Shown one piece after another: positions 1 through 12,084 of a stretch of 64,000 bases of DNA. A program made the translations under genes and the position numbers. This stretch comes from Malacoraja senta. Lineage: Eukaryota. Positions within the stretch are counted from its first letter, which is position 1, and the number at the start of each line of letters is the position of its first letter. The stretch covers positions 20,772,001 to 20,836,000 of the forward strand of contig CM075988.1 of NCBI GenBank assembly GCA_038087875.1, written 5' to 3'. Below the pieces are notes generated by a model. It searched no databases. It worked only from the letters and a program-made list of their open reading frames with translations, and was not told the DNA's origin.

Positions 1-319
1 ATTGAATGAAGAAACAAAGAACTACAGATACTGGTTAATGCCAAAGATAGACACAAAGTGCTGGAATGTAACTCAGCAGGTGTGAAGAAGCGTCGCGACC
101 TGAAACGTCACCTAACCTATTTCTCCAGAGATGTTGCCTGACCCGCTGAGTTACCTTATTGAATTAAGTTTATTTTCCCGACCATCATAATTGGTTCCAG
201 ATTCTATAGATGTTGGTGAAGGAAATTGGATGGGAAAGAAAATGGACATAAAACTAGTCAGGCAATGTGTGTCAAAACATTTCACCCAAATGGATTTGAC
301 AAGTTAGAATGGACTCAAA

Positions 320-770
320 GTTGAGTTTCTTGTCACCAGTACCGATGTACAGTGAAAAGCTTTTGTTGTGTGCTAACCAGTCAGCGGAAAGACAATACAT
401 GATTACATTTGAGCCATCCACAATGTATAGATACATGATAAAGAGAATAACGTGTATAACATTTAATGCAAGATAAAGCCAGTAAAGTCTGATCAAAGAT
501 AGTCCGTGGGTCACCAATGAGGTAGTTAGTAGTTCAGGGCTGCTCTCTAGTTGTTGGTAGGATGGTTCAGTTGCTTGATAACAGCTGGGAAGAAACAGTC
601 TCTGAAACTGGAGGCGTGCGTTTTCACACTTCTACACCTTTTGCCTGAAGGGAGAGGGGAGAAGAGGGAGTGGCCAGGGTGCGACTGTCCTTGCTTATGC
701 TGGTGGTCGTGCCAAGGCAGCGTGAGGTGTAAATGGAGTCAACGGAAGGGAGGTTGGTTTGTGTGATGAA
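320..770 (-). mobile_element. Rex1-like LINE 3' fragment (related copies at ~9195-9580 -, ~57470-57960 -, ~6190-6930 +)
   Basis: Near-identical blocks at 540-720 and 9410-9580. Begins with the reverse complement of the GTGACAA-type 3' end seen on the Rex1 copy at ~36200. Confidence 0.6.
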
Positions 771-836
771 TTGCTTTTGAACTTAAAAGAAAACGTGCCC
801 GATTCTGATTCTGGTTGCTGTTGATCTTGTCGACAG

Positions 837-1126
837 GAGACTGTCTGCTCGATGCCCCCGCTCAATCAGTGTCACTGCCCACCGAACTGCCGGGGCAAGT
901 TTACGACTTGGACGCACAGTGCCAGCAGATTTTCGGGGAGAAGTACAGACACTGTCCAAACACGTCGGACTCTGATGTGTGTTCCCAGCTGTGGTGCAGA
1001 GTCGAGGATAAGCCTGAGTGTCACACGAAAAACGGGAGCCTGCTGTGGGGAGACGGGACTCCCTGTGGGGTTGACAGAATCTGTGTAGATGGCTCATGCC
1101 TGGACACCGAGATCATGAACAAGAAG
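837..1126 (+). CDS. ADAMTS8: ADAMTS8 internal exon (end of metalloprotease domain + disintegrin-like domain)
   Basis: cag|GA acceptor at 835-836 and AAG|gtaagg donor. Encodes GDCLLD...QCQQIFG...CHTKNGSLLWGDGTPCG; the HTKNGSL insertion matches ADAMTS8. Phase 1 to 0. Confidence 0.92.
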
Positions 1127-1377
1127 GTAAGGTCTGCAGTGACATCCTGTTCATTCTGTTTCTGTTCTACTGTTATTTTTCCATATTTGTGGAAGGGAAA
1201 ATTGTTACCAAGTTCAAAACTCCCAATCCCAAATCCGTGACTGCTGCTACCATCAAGAAAGACAAGGTAGCGGGTGCATGGGATCACCACCTCTAATTCG
1301 AACACCATCTTGACTAGGAGAAACATGCCCAACTTTTCATTGCTGGGTCTAAATTCAGGAATTCACAACAGCACACC

Positions 1378-1685
1378 TGTGTTTAAGAAGGAACTGCAGA
1401 TGCTGGAAAATCGAAGGTAGACAAAAGTTCTGTTGAAACTCAGCGGGTGCAGCAGCATCTATGGAGCGAAGGAAATAGGCAACGTTTCGGGCCCAAACCC
1501 TTCTTCAGACTGATGTAGGGTGGGGGGGGGGGGGGGGGCGGGGAGAAGAAAGGAGAAAGGAAGAGGAGGAGCCCGAGGACTGAGGGAGAGCTGACAAGGG
1601 GAGGAGATAGCAAGGGCTACCGGAAATTGGAGGTCAATGTTTATGCCGCTAGGGTGCAAACTGCCCAAGCGGAATATGAGGTACA
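1378..1685 (-). mobile_element. Penelope-like element 3' end (GIY-YIG C-terminus + pLTR with hammerhead motif)
   Basis: Minus strand LIFRLGSLHPSGINID, then a polypyrimidine tract, then CTGAAGAAGGGTTTGGGCCCGAAACGTT. Confidence 0.8.
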
Positions 1686-1729
1686 GTTCGCAGAGGTTTC
1701 TGACCCCTTATGCTTTGGAGCATTTGTAG

Positions 1730-2810
1730 AGACATATAGCGCCTAAGCAGGCCCTTCAGCCCACTTAGTCAATGCTGACAAAGATGCACCATCTAAGCTA
1801 CTCCCACGGCCAATATCCTATCTTTCCTATCCATGCAACTGTCCAAAAATATTTTAAATCTTGTTATTGTACCTGCCTCGACTACCTCCTCTGGTAGTTT
1901 GGTCCATACACACACCACCCTATACGTTGAAAAAGATTCCCCCTCTCACCTTAAACCTATGACCATGAGTTATTGAATTCACCTTCTTGGGAAAAAGACC
2001 TCTGTGCATATTCACCTGGTGATTTTATACACCTCTACTTGATAACCCCTGCAATCCAAGGAATAAATTCCTAGCCTGGACCAATCTCTACCTATAGCTC
2101 AGACATGCGAATTCTTGCAACATCATCGTAGACCTTCTCTGCATTTTATCCAGCTTAATAACATCCCTCGTATATCAGAGTGGCCAAAACCAAAGATCCT
2201 ATAGCAAGCAAGATAGTGCACTCCTGCTAAAACCAATGGGCTGACGTGTAGTACGCCACGGAGCGGAACGTCAGCCTTTTTGTCGGCCATTTCAGTAAAC
2301 CCGACCTGTCTTTGTAAATCCCTCTCGCAGTGTTGCGGGGGAACAGTTTGTGCGTGTGATATAGTGTTAGGCCCATTATTCATAATTCTGATAATTCATA
2401 ATTCTGCTATTTTTTGTTAATGATTAATATGTCAATAAATTATAATTCTGTTAATTTTCTTTTCTAATGTTTAAAAAATAAATAAAATTATAAGTAAAAA
2501 ATAAAAATTCTTTTAAAATGGCCCGTGTGCTGTGTTTGAGGATGTTTGTATTAAACTTGCACTCTGTAATTTATTTGATCACACTGTTCACAACTGCGGT
2601 ATTTGGTAAAATAATAGCAACATGGAGATTCCAGTTACTATAGGATCTTTGGATAGGAGTGCGGAGACGGAAGCCGGTTACGGAAATGGGTTGAAGATTA
2701 CCCATGAATCTGCCCATGACCGTACTACGTCTTTTTCGTCGAGTGGACTATCTTGCTTGCTATAGGATCTTTGGCCAAAACAGAACACGATACTCCAAGT
2801 GTGACCTCAC
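1730..2810 (-). mobile_element. CR1 3' fragment hosting the MITE at 2191-2773
   Basis: Reverse complement of the CR1 3' region. The sequence is continuous across the MITE (gtggccaaaac|agaacacgatactccaagtgtg). Confidence 0.7.
2191..2773. mobile_element. Non-autonomous DNA transposon (MITE) with 33-bp TIRs and 8-bp TSD; P or hAT superfamily
   Basis: TIR CAAAGATCCTATAGCAAGCAAGATAGT(G/C)CACTC at 2191-2223 and, inverted, 2741-2773. GCCAAAAC duplicated at 2183-2190 and 2774-2781. Confidence 0.92.
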
Positions 2811-3553
2811 TTTGTTGGGGATGGATAATAATTGCTGGCTTTGCTCACTTCCAGCAAATATTTTTCTTCATGAATCAGATTTTATCTATCTAATTACAAT
2901 TGTGTTTATCTGACATTAGTACTGGTCATTATTTATTTCGAGACATACTTCCTTCTGGTCTGACAGTTCCACAGAATTGATAGTAGTGCGGGAGAAATAG
3001 ATGGATGGCGGAAAAGTTTCCAACTTTGCATGGAAAGGTGCAAATTGAATTGGAAGAAGTGGTCATGCCCATCGGCATTGGCAAGCCATTTCCGGGTTTC
3101 ATCTTCCAGTGACTGTAGAAGGTGCTCTTTGGGCACCAGAGAGGTTCTTCATCGGAGCCTTCAGGGCAGGATGTCTAGAATGGCCCAACTACTCAGCCAG
3201 ACAGGCTGCATCTCTGAAGGGTCTGAAGAAGGGTCTCGACCCAAAACGTCACCCATTCCTTCTATCTAGAGATGCTGCCTGTCGCGCTGAGTTACTCCCA
3301 GCATTTTGTGTCTACCTTCGGTTTAAACTAGCATCTGCAGTTCCTTCCTACAGCATGGCGCTTGCAGGAATGAAGTGTCGTGTTAATTGTAGTATTTAGA
3401 ACAAGTCAGCAGAAATTTGGAACTGCCGTGTGGTTTCTCAAGACTTTGTACAAATGAGGTTTGATTACAAGTCGATTTGTGGAATAGAAATAGTTTAAGT
3501 ACTGTTACCCGAGGTCTTCTTGTGGCCCACCTGAGTTTTTGCATCTTTTGCAG

Positions 3554-3740
3554 GTTGCTGTTCAGGGAAGCTGGGGTTCCTGGAGTCCATGGGGAGAATG
3601 TTCCAGAACTTGTGGCGGGGGCGTGCAGTTTTCATTCAGAGAATGCAACGAGCCAGTTCCCCAGAACGGTGGGAAATATTGCGAAGGGCAACGTAAGCGT
3701 TACCGATCCTGCAACACACAAGATTGTCCGAACAATAATG
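3554..3740 (+). CDS. ADAMTS8: ADAMTS8 exon, central thrombospondin type-1 repeat
   Basis: ttttgcag|GTT acceptor, G|gtgggt donor. [37 protein letters not shown]. Phase 0 to 1, compatible with both neighbours. Confidence 0.93.
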
Positions 3741-3894
3741 GTGGGTGCACCCCTTTTTGATCAATTCAGAATCGGTATGGCTTGGTATTGTGAACTCTCA
3801 GCTGTAAGTTGCAAAGATAAAATGTGCAGCCAAGAAGTACAAATAGGTGTCCTCCCTAACAACGAGATTATTGTTCCACACATCACCTTCAAGC

Positions 3895-4170
3895 ACAGTG
3901 GCGCAGCGGTAGAGTTGCTGCCTCACAGTGCCAGGGACCCGGGTTCAATCCTGACAACAGGTGCTGTCTGCATGGAGTTTGTACCTTCTCCCCGTGACCG
4001 CCTGACTTTTGTCTGGGTGCTCTGGCTTCCTCCCACAACCAAAAGTCTTGCAGGTTTGTAGGTTAATTGGCTTCTGTAAATTTTCCCTGGTGTGCAGGAT
4101 GCACAAGTGGTATAATATAGAACTAGTGTGAACAGGTGATCAATGGCCAGTGCACACTCGGTAGGCCGAA
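3895..4170 (+). mobile_element. tRNA-derived V-SINE (HE1-like). Further copies at ~5530-5830(-), 7700-8000(-), 10385-10890(+), 18180-18490(-), 59870-60310(+), 63080-63380(-), 63870-64000(-)
   Basis: GTGGCGCAGCGGTAG A box, GGTTCAATCC B box, V-domain-like GGAGTTTGTAC.TTCTCCCCGTGAC...TTCCTCCCACA, CR1-type 3' end. Confidence 0.85.
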
Positions 4171-4436
4171 AGTCCAGAGTAGCTGGGACATGTTGGCCGG
4201 TGTGGGCAAGTTGGGTCGAAGGGCCTGTTTCCACACTGTATCACTCTATGACTCTACGAGAGATGGATGTTCCTAAATTATACCGTAAATTTGTCTTTTG
4301 ATCGGGTTTTGTATTTTATCGGAGGTTGGAACGACCAATTGTTTCTTACACAAGTACAAGTGGATATTTGAAATACTCTGAAAGCTACTAAGAGTTTAGC
4401 AATTTGGACCCAAGTCACATTGCAATAAACAAAATG

Positions 4437-4812
4437 CGGGTCCAACACCGATTTTCCGGCATCTTTGGTTCCAGAGCCTCTCTGGATTATCTGTTTTGCC
4501 ATGCCAACAGAGGTCACGGCCTCCGAGAGTAGTCCAAAGGCACTGGAAGGTTCCGCCTAAGCCGCTGAGGGCCTGAGATACCGGCCTGCAAAGTCTGCCT
4601 TGGAAGTTGGCTACGGGAACAGATCTGAGTTCCAGAGTCCCGGCCGCAGGGGGCAAATTCGGCCGCAGAAGTCCCGATGAGGTAGAGATCAGCCGCCTCA
4701 CCCAGCCTAGGCGCCACGTTGTTGGGGGGGGGGGGGGGGGGGTTCACTTCAAGTGCACGCTCATCAATTTATCCGGATTAAAGGAGGTGCTGCAAAATCA
4801 GTGGTGGACCCG
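4437..4812. mobile_element. Tc1/mariner-type MITE (inverted relative of the copy at 14331-14648)
   Basis: Imperfect TIR CGGGTCCAACACCGATTTTCCGGCA; flanks TG/TA; internal similarity to 14331-14648. Confidence 0.65.
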
Positions 4813-4887
4813 TATTTTTAAAATAAAGAAGGGACCAATTCCAAAGTAGCATCAACAAATTCATTTATAATCTTTACTTTGCATTAG

Positions 4888-5060
4888 GTAAGAGCTTCAG
4901 AGAGGAGCAGTGTGAAAAGTACAACAGCTGGAATTACAAAGACTTGGTTGGCAATACGGTTAAATGGATACCCAAATACTCAGGAGTTTCCCCAAGAGAT
5001 CGCTGTAAATTGTTCTGCCACGTCAGAGGGAGAAGTGAATTTCATGTCTTTGAACCCAAA
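4888..5060 (+). CDS. ADAMTS8: ADAMTS8 exon, cysteine-rich domain part 1
   Basis: attag|GT acceptor, AAA|gtaagt donor. KSFREEQCEKYN...WIPKYSGVSPRDRCKLFC...RGRSEFHVFEPK. Confidence 0.93.
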
Positions 5061-6392
5061 GTAAGTACCACTTTAGATCTGACTCTCAAACAGAAAATAC
5101 TGGAAGCACTCAGTAATTCAGACAAAAGCTGTCCATCCACAGACATCACCCAACTTGCTGAATGCAAGTTTTGATTCTTATATTTCCAAATTCTAGCATT
5201 TGTAGTATATAGCTTTCTCTAACGTTTTACTTATAATTCACAAAATCCACCAGCATTGTCATTTTGATTTGTTTTACTGGATTACTTTGGGGCATGTTGG
5301 TCGGCGTGGGCAAGTTGGGCCGAAGGGCCCTTTTCCACGCTGTATGATTCTACGACTCTACTTTGAGATTTTCCATCATCTTACTATAGAGTCAGAACCC
5401 CCATGACTAAATGACAGTGAATTGTTGCAATTAATGTTCAGAAATGACCAGTTGTTTTACTTTGTTTTAACTAAAAATAATGTTTGTGTTGGTTATTACT
5501 GTCGCCTCGTGTGATGGACTTTGGACTTTAGAGATACAGTGCGGAAACAGGCCCTTCGGCCCACCGAGACTGCGTCAACTTGCGATCACCCCGTACACTA
5601 GCACTATCCTACTCAATAGGGAAAATGTACAAGTTTTCACCAAAGCCAATTAATCTATAAATCTGTACATCTTTGGAGAGTGGGAGGGAACTGGAGCAAT
5701 CGGGGGAAATCCACGTAATCACAGAGAAAGCATACAAACTCCGTACAGACAGCACCCGTAGTCAGGATCGAACCTGGATCTCTGGCGCTGTTTGGCAAGA
5801 ACTCTACTGCTGAGTCACTGTGCCATCCCTGTAAATCTTGATAAAATATTGCATTGTGTTATACACCATTAATTAATGTTTCTAATATATATTACTTTAT
5901 AATAAAACCCGCAATAACCATATTATACGCTGGAATTGCATCAGCGTGCATTAGAGCTGGTCAGATCACACAGTCAAGAGGGCAACGCATGGTTCAGCAG
6001 CAGCTAAGACAATTGCCCTCCTCTGCACCTAAGCCAAGATTGCTGAGGGTAGAGCCTGCCATGCTTTATGTGAAGACACACACAACACGTTGGGTCAGGA
6101 GATTTGAAGCAAAGATAAGAACTACCAACCTATGGTGTCAGTGACTCTGTTATAATCCCAAAACATAACGATGTCTGTCAGTGTAACCCTATTTCCAGCC
6201 AGGTGATGCTGTGTTGATGGGAACTTACTCGCCCCATACCATGAATTAATTGCTATCAGACTTTTGAACGGACCTCTCCGAAGATAAAAGTGTAGTCCTG
6301 ATTGCCCCACCTACAAGTGCAAACATTGCACTTTTTAATGTGCATTTTCTCTGTAACTCTGTCTTTTTACACTATTATTGTTTGTTGGTTTT

Positions 6393-6435
6393 ATGTATGT
6401 GTTTGTATATATGTATGTATGTGTGTATGTATGTG

Positions 6436-6482
<47 letters not shown>

Positions 6483-6630
6483 GTGGTTAGACACAAAATG
6501 CTGGAGTAAATCAGCGGGTAGGGCAGCATCTCGGGAGAAGGAATGAGTGTGGTTTCGGGTCGAGACCCTTCTTCAGACACATACATACACACACGCACAT
6601 ACACACACACACACACACACATATATTTAT
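6393..6630. repeat. Compound microsatellites (TATG/TA/TG)n and (CA)n flanking a Penelope fragment
   Basis: Read directly from the sequence. Confidence 0.9.
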
Positions 6631-9600
6631 GTAGATAGATATAACTTTTTTTGTTTATTTCATTTATTATCGTACTGTAACATTGTATTCTGCAGGGTGG
6701 TATTTTTCTCTTTGTACCACCTGTTGTACTTTAGTATTTGGCTGTACTCGTGTATGGCATGATAGAGAGCTATAGTCATCCAGCACAGAAACAGGCCCTT
6801 CGTCCGCGTCCTACTCATCCATGTCGCCCAAGATGCCCCATCTAAGCTAGGTCTATTTGCCCGCAAATGCCCCACATTACTGTCAATGAATAGCATGCCA
6901 ACAGTATCTCAGTACACGTGACAATAATAAACCGATCACCAATCTAAGTTTGGGATAAACCTGCTCAAGAATTCCTCTCCCTGCAAAATAAAATGAATTT
7001 GGATAGCACTGGTTCTCTCTGCACAACTGTGGACAGTTGAGTTTGAAACGATCTCAAATACTTTTTTTTGGTTTAATTTAATATTCCCCAATTGGCAAGA
7101 ATAATGGCCCTGCAGTCAGTGTCTCTGCTTTGTTTAGTACTTTGGATGAGTTATATCTAGGATTCATACATTTGGCATCATGTAGATTTAATCTGATCAA
7201 TCTAAGGCTTTTAACTATATTGTAGTACTTGCATTTAATTACTTTTGAAGACACTAATTTCACATTGTAAAAACACTTGTTTTTTTCAAAGACTCATAGA
7301 AAACTAATTATACATAGCTAACTACAAAACGTTGAACGTCTTTAGTGTTTGCAAACGTTATGCAATATTTGTAACTTGAAATGTCAAGTCTGAAGAAGGG
7401 TCTGGACACGAAACGTCATCTATTCCTTTTCTCCTGAGATGCTTTCTGACCCGCTGAGTTGCTCCAGCTTTCTGGGTCTATTTTCAAGTTCTGAAAATTT
7501 GCCTTAACGCCTCAATGTTTCTTTCAAATATTAATATGCATTTAAAATGTCAACAAATTAGTATTTCATGGAGGCATTTAACGTGGTCTGTTTTTATAGA
7601 TTGATATCACAAGTAGATTTGAAGGAAAGACACAAAATACGGGAGTAACTCAACGGGTCAGGCAGCATCCCTAGAGAACACGGAAAGATGACCTTAGACT
7701 TTAGACTTTAAAGATACAGCGTGGAAACAGGCCCTTTGGCCCACCTTGACCTCACCAAGCAGCAATCACCCAGTACACTAGCACTATCCTACACACCAGG
7801 GACAATTTACAATTTTACCGAAACCAATTAACTTACAAATCAGTACATCATTGGAGTGTAGGAGGAAACCGGAGCACCCGGAGAAAACCCACATGGTCAC
7901 AGGGAAAATGTACAAACTCCGTACAGACAGCACCTGAAGTCAGGATCAAACCCGGGTCTCTGATGGCATAAGGCAGCAACTCTACCGCTGCGCCACCGTG
8001 ATTAGGAACAGCGTCAAAGGTTCCATGGAGAAGGGGGTTGAGAAGGAAAGTTAGATCAACCATGATTCAATGGTGAGGTAGACTCAATGGGCTGAATGCC
8101 CTAATTCTACTCTTGTGTCTTATGATCTTATGGTCTTTCACAAGGAAGCTTGCTCCAACCTCAGCAATTCTTCTGACTGTAAATCCCACTGAAACGGTAT
8201 TGTGCACCAGTTAACTCACACCACCAAGTTTGTTGGCTGTCAAAGAGAATGAGTGTCTCCGACTTTGACAAACGTTCTTCAACATTTGAGAAGCCGGTGA
8301 GTGCAGTGGGCAGATTTTTCCAGCCATAAGTGCTGTGACATCTGTGGAAGTTGGCATTTTGCCTGCAGAGTCCTTGAGGTGCCAGGAGCTGAATGCTGGA
8401 ACGCAGTCAACAAATCCCTGGGATCAGCACAGTAAAAAATTCCAGGGTTTCCTGGTTGCGAGGGAGTCCCAAATGTCATGAGGTTACCACCGGAAGCACC
8501 ACACACGGGGTGGCTGGCATTTCTGCCACTGTTTCTACTCCGTCAAAAATAGCTTGTGTAAGGAGAGTATTTTAAGTGCGCGGGGAAAAGCTTAGTGGGC
8601 AGATCTGGTTGGAAAAGTCCTCATGAAAAACAGGAGCAAAATAACACTTCCTGGGCTGGAAAGTTGAGTCATTCCGCAGCAAAACTGATTAATGAGCGTC
8701 ATTTTGCCCACTGGAGTCGTTGGCGGAAGTAAGATATCTAAAGAACAGGGCATTGCTAGAACGAACATTTCATCCTACCTCCTTGCTCCTAACTTCATTA
8801 GCCAAACATTTGAGACGAGCAATCTTTCAAATCTTTAGAACGGTCTCATTTATTTCAGGACTGATTAATTTAGGAGCTAGTTAAGTGGCTTTTCCAGTTC
8901 TTTATTTAGAGTGGACTTTATTTTTTAAACCGCATGACTATTTGAAAGTGCTTGCTGGGATAATCTCTCTATTGAAAAAATCGTAATGACAAAGTTCTCT
9001 GGATTCTGTGTGTTGAAACATTTTTGGGGGAATTTTTAAAATAAATTGTCCATCCCTTCAAATATCTCAAAATAAAATGACTTTTATTTATCTTGAACAT
9101 GCCAATTATTTTTGTAATGCAAGAATTTGCTTCTCCACACTACTAAAGCATACCAGGAGTATGGGCTCTAGATTCCATCAATGTGGTCTGTAAATTAGTT
9201 TAGTTTAGTTAATTATTGTCATGTGTAGCGAGCTACAGTGAAAAGCTTTTGGTTGCATTCTATCCAGTCGGCAATACACATGTAGCCGTCCACAGTGTGC
9301 ATATACAGAATAAAAGGTATAACATTTAGTGCAAGATAAAGTCAAGTAAAGTACACTTAAAGATAGTTTGAAGGTCTCCAATGAGGTAACTGGGAAGTCA
9401 GAACCACTGTCTAGTTGGTGAGAGGATGGTTCAGTTGCCTGATAACAGCTAGGAAGAAAGAATCCCTGAATCTGGAGGTGTGCGTTTACACACTTCTGTA
9501 TCTCCTGCCAGGTAGGAGAGGGGAGAAGAGGGAGCGACCGGGGAGAGACTGGTCCTTGAGTATGCTGGTGGCCTTGCTGCCATCAAATAGAAATTTTATG

Positions 9601-10120
9601 AAGGATCTCTTTAATACCGTGGGGGTATTGGATCAGGGCACATTCATAGTTAAAAATGTTTGCCCGTCTCCCTCCCACCCCTACCCCACCAACCCCCATC
9701 AAACATCTCATCTGGTGAGGAGAGGGATGACGGTTTGTGGGATGACCGGATGGAGGCAACGGTTGCAATGGGCCTTTATAACTAGCTGTAGCTGGGACCG
9801 TGAAATGGCACCAAAACTTGGCGACTCATACGTATAGTTTTTATGCATTAAAGTCAGGAGTCAAGTGTTTTATTGCCATATGTCCCAGATAGAACAATTA
9901 AATTCTTACTTGAATTATTACTTCACCACAGATTGTACCTATGTATGACAATAATCTAACTGATCTGCATGTAAACATTTAATTTCACTGTGCCTTGGTA
10001 CACGTGATAATGGAAGAACCACTATTGAACCATTTCTTTATATCAGGATACTTGTATTAATAGCCAAACGTTGGGCACTGTGAAATGAAACCTAATTTTG
10101 GTCAATCCTTGGTGTTGCAG

Positions 10121-10296
10121 GTGATTGATGGCACTCCGTGCGCTCCAGAGACCACGTCGGTATGTGTCCACGGTCAGTGTGTGAAAGCTGGCTGTGATCA
10201 CGTTATAGGATCCAGCAAGAAATTTGACAAGTGTGCTGTCTGTGGAGGCAACAGCTCAACATGCAGGAAAATACTTGGCTCCCTGAACAAGTTCAA
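10121..10296 (+). CDS. ADAMTS8: ADAMTS8 exon, cysteine-rich domain part 2
   Basis: ttgcag|GTG acceptor, AA|gtacgt donor. [27 protein letters not shown]...DKCAVCGG. Confidence 0.93.
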
Positions 10297-12084
10297 GTAC
10301 GTCCATTTCTACCGATAGTTCTGTACACATCAGGCTGGATGATTGCCTGTTGAGTTGTATGGTATGCAATAAGAACAAGGGGCGGCAAAGTGGCGCAGCA
10401 GTAGAGTTGATGCCTTATGGCGCTGGAGACCCGGGTTCGAACCTAACTATGGGTGCTGTCTGTAGGGAGTTTGTGCATTTGCCCTGTGGCTGCTTGGGTT
10501 TTCTCCGGGTGCTCCGCTTTCCTCCCATGCTCCAAAGGCAAACATCCTTGTAGGTTAAACACGAAAAGCTGGAGTAACTCAGTGGGTCAGGCAGTATCTC
10601 TGGAGAACAGGAACAGGTGGAACATTTTGGGTCTCGACCTGAAACGTCACCTGGTCCTTTTCTCCGGAGATGCTGCCTGACCCGCTGCGTTTCTCCTGCT
10701 TTTTGTGTCTGTTTTCGGTTTAAACCAGCATCTGCAGTTCCTTCCTGCACAGGTTTGTAGGTTAATTGGCTTTGGTTAAAAAATAGTAAGTTGTCCCTAG
10801 GGTGTAGGATAGTGCAAATGGTTGGGGATCGCTGGTCTGCGCGGACCGAAGTGCCAGCTTTCCAAGCTGTATCTCTATAATAAACTAAACTAAAAAGAAC
10901 AGCAAACAAATTTGTATTCCGAATGATCAGAGATGAGTGGTGGAACAGAGACCAAGAAATGCAGATATAAATATGGAAAAAGCACAATGGTGCAGCAGTT
11001 AGTACAGCTGTCTAATGAAGACCCAGGTTCGATTCTCCCCATAAATAAAGTTTCCTCCCACATTCCAAAAACGTGCTGGCAGGTTGATTAACGAATTTGA
11101 ATTACACCTTTGGCATAGATAAGTGTCAAAAAGAATCAAAGATCAGTTGTAGGCTTATGCAAATGAGTGATGGGGCTACAGGGAGATCAGGAGAACTAGA
11201 ATGGATGTGTGGTATTTCTCTGGGAGCTAACAAACACCTGATGGATCAAATTGCTTGCCAGTAATAGCTATGAGATGAGCGTGGATGGGAATATCCTTGA
11301 AAATTACAATGTGATTTTGAGGTTCATATATTTTAATGCCAGGTCCTTGATGCTAAACAAGTAGAAAAGAAATGTTAAACCACACTTGGTGTTCCAGGGG
11401 CCCCATTGTTGGAAGAGAACTCAAGTTTTGGAAAAGATGCAATTGAACGCTGTTGATAAGAAAAATAGGGACAAAAGGTTTATACCCGAGAAGAGATTCA
11501 ATCTTTAAAACCTTCTAAAACAGGAAAGAAAATGGAAAGACAAAGGCTATAGGTTGAGATTGTAAATCAAATATTGATAGCTCCATATTTAACTAACAAC
11601 ATTTGCCTGCAGATTATGTTTAATTTCTGCGAAAACGAATTATCTGATTTTTTAACATTGTTTTTGAGTGTGTCAACGACATTTAAAAATGCTCAAAATA
11701 TTGCAACAGAGAGAGTATTGCCAGACTATTTCTTGGGTTGAGAGGATTTCTTGTCAACTTCTTTAGTCAGAGGGTAGTTAATCTGTGGAACTCATTGCCA
11801 CAGAGGGCTTTAGAGGCCAAGTCAGTGGATATTTTTAAGGCAGAGATAGACAAATTCTTGATTAGAATGGGCGTCAAGGGCTATGGGGAGAAGGCAGGAA
11901 AATGGGATTAGGAGGCAGAGATCAGCCATGATTGAATGGCGTAGTATACTCGATGGGCCGAATGGCCTAATTCTACTCCTACAACTTACGAACTTGTGAA
12001 CCTTTATTTATTGCATTTTTTTCCAATATTTCTATTCATATATCACTTTTTAAAACATTTAACAGTGAAACTTTATCTTCCTAG

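Noticed and set aside
3895..3965. tRNA-like sequences with A and B boxes (several copies)
   Set aside because: They are SINE heads that continue into SINE bodies; no complete cloverleaf.
3477..4061. 194-aa ORF
   Set aside because: Off-frame read-through of an ADAMTS8 exon into a SINE.
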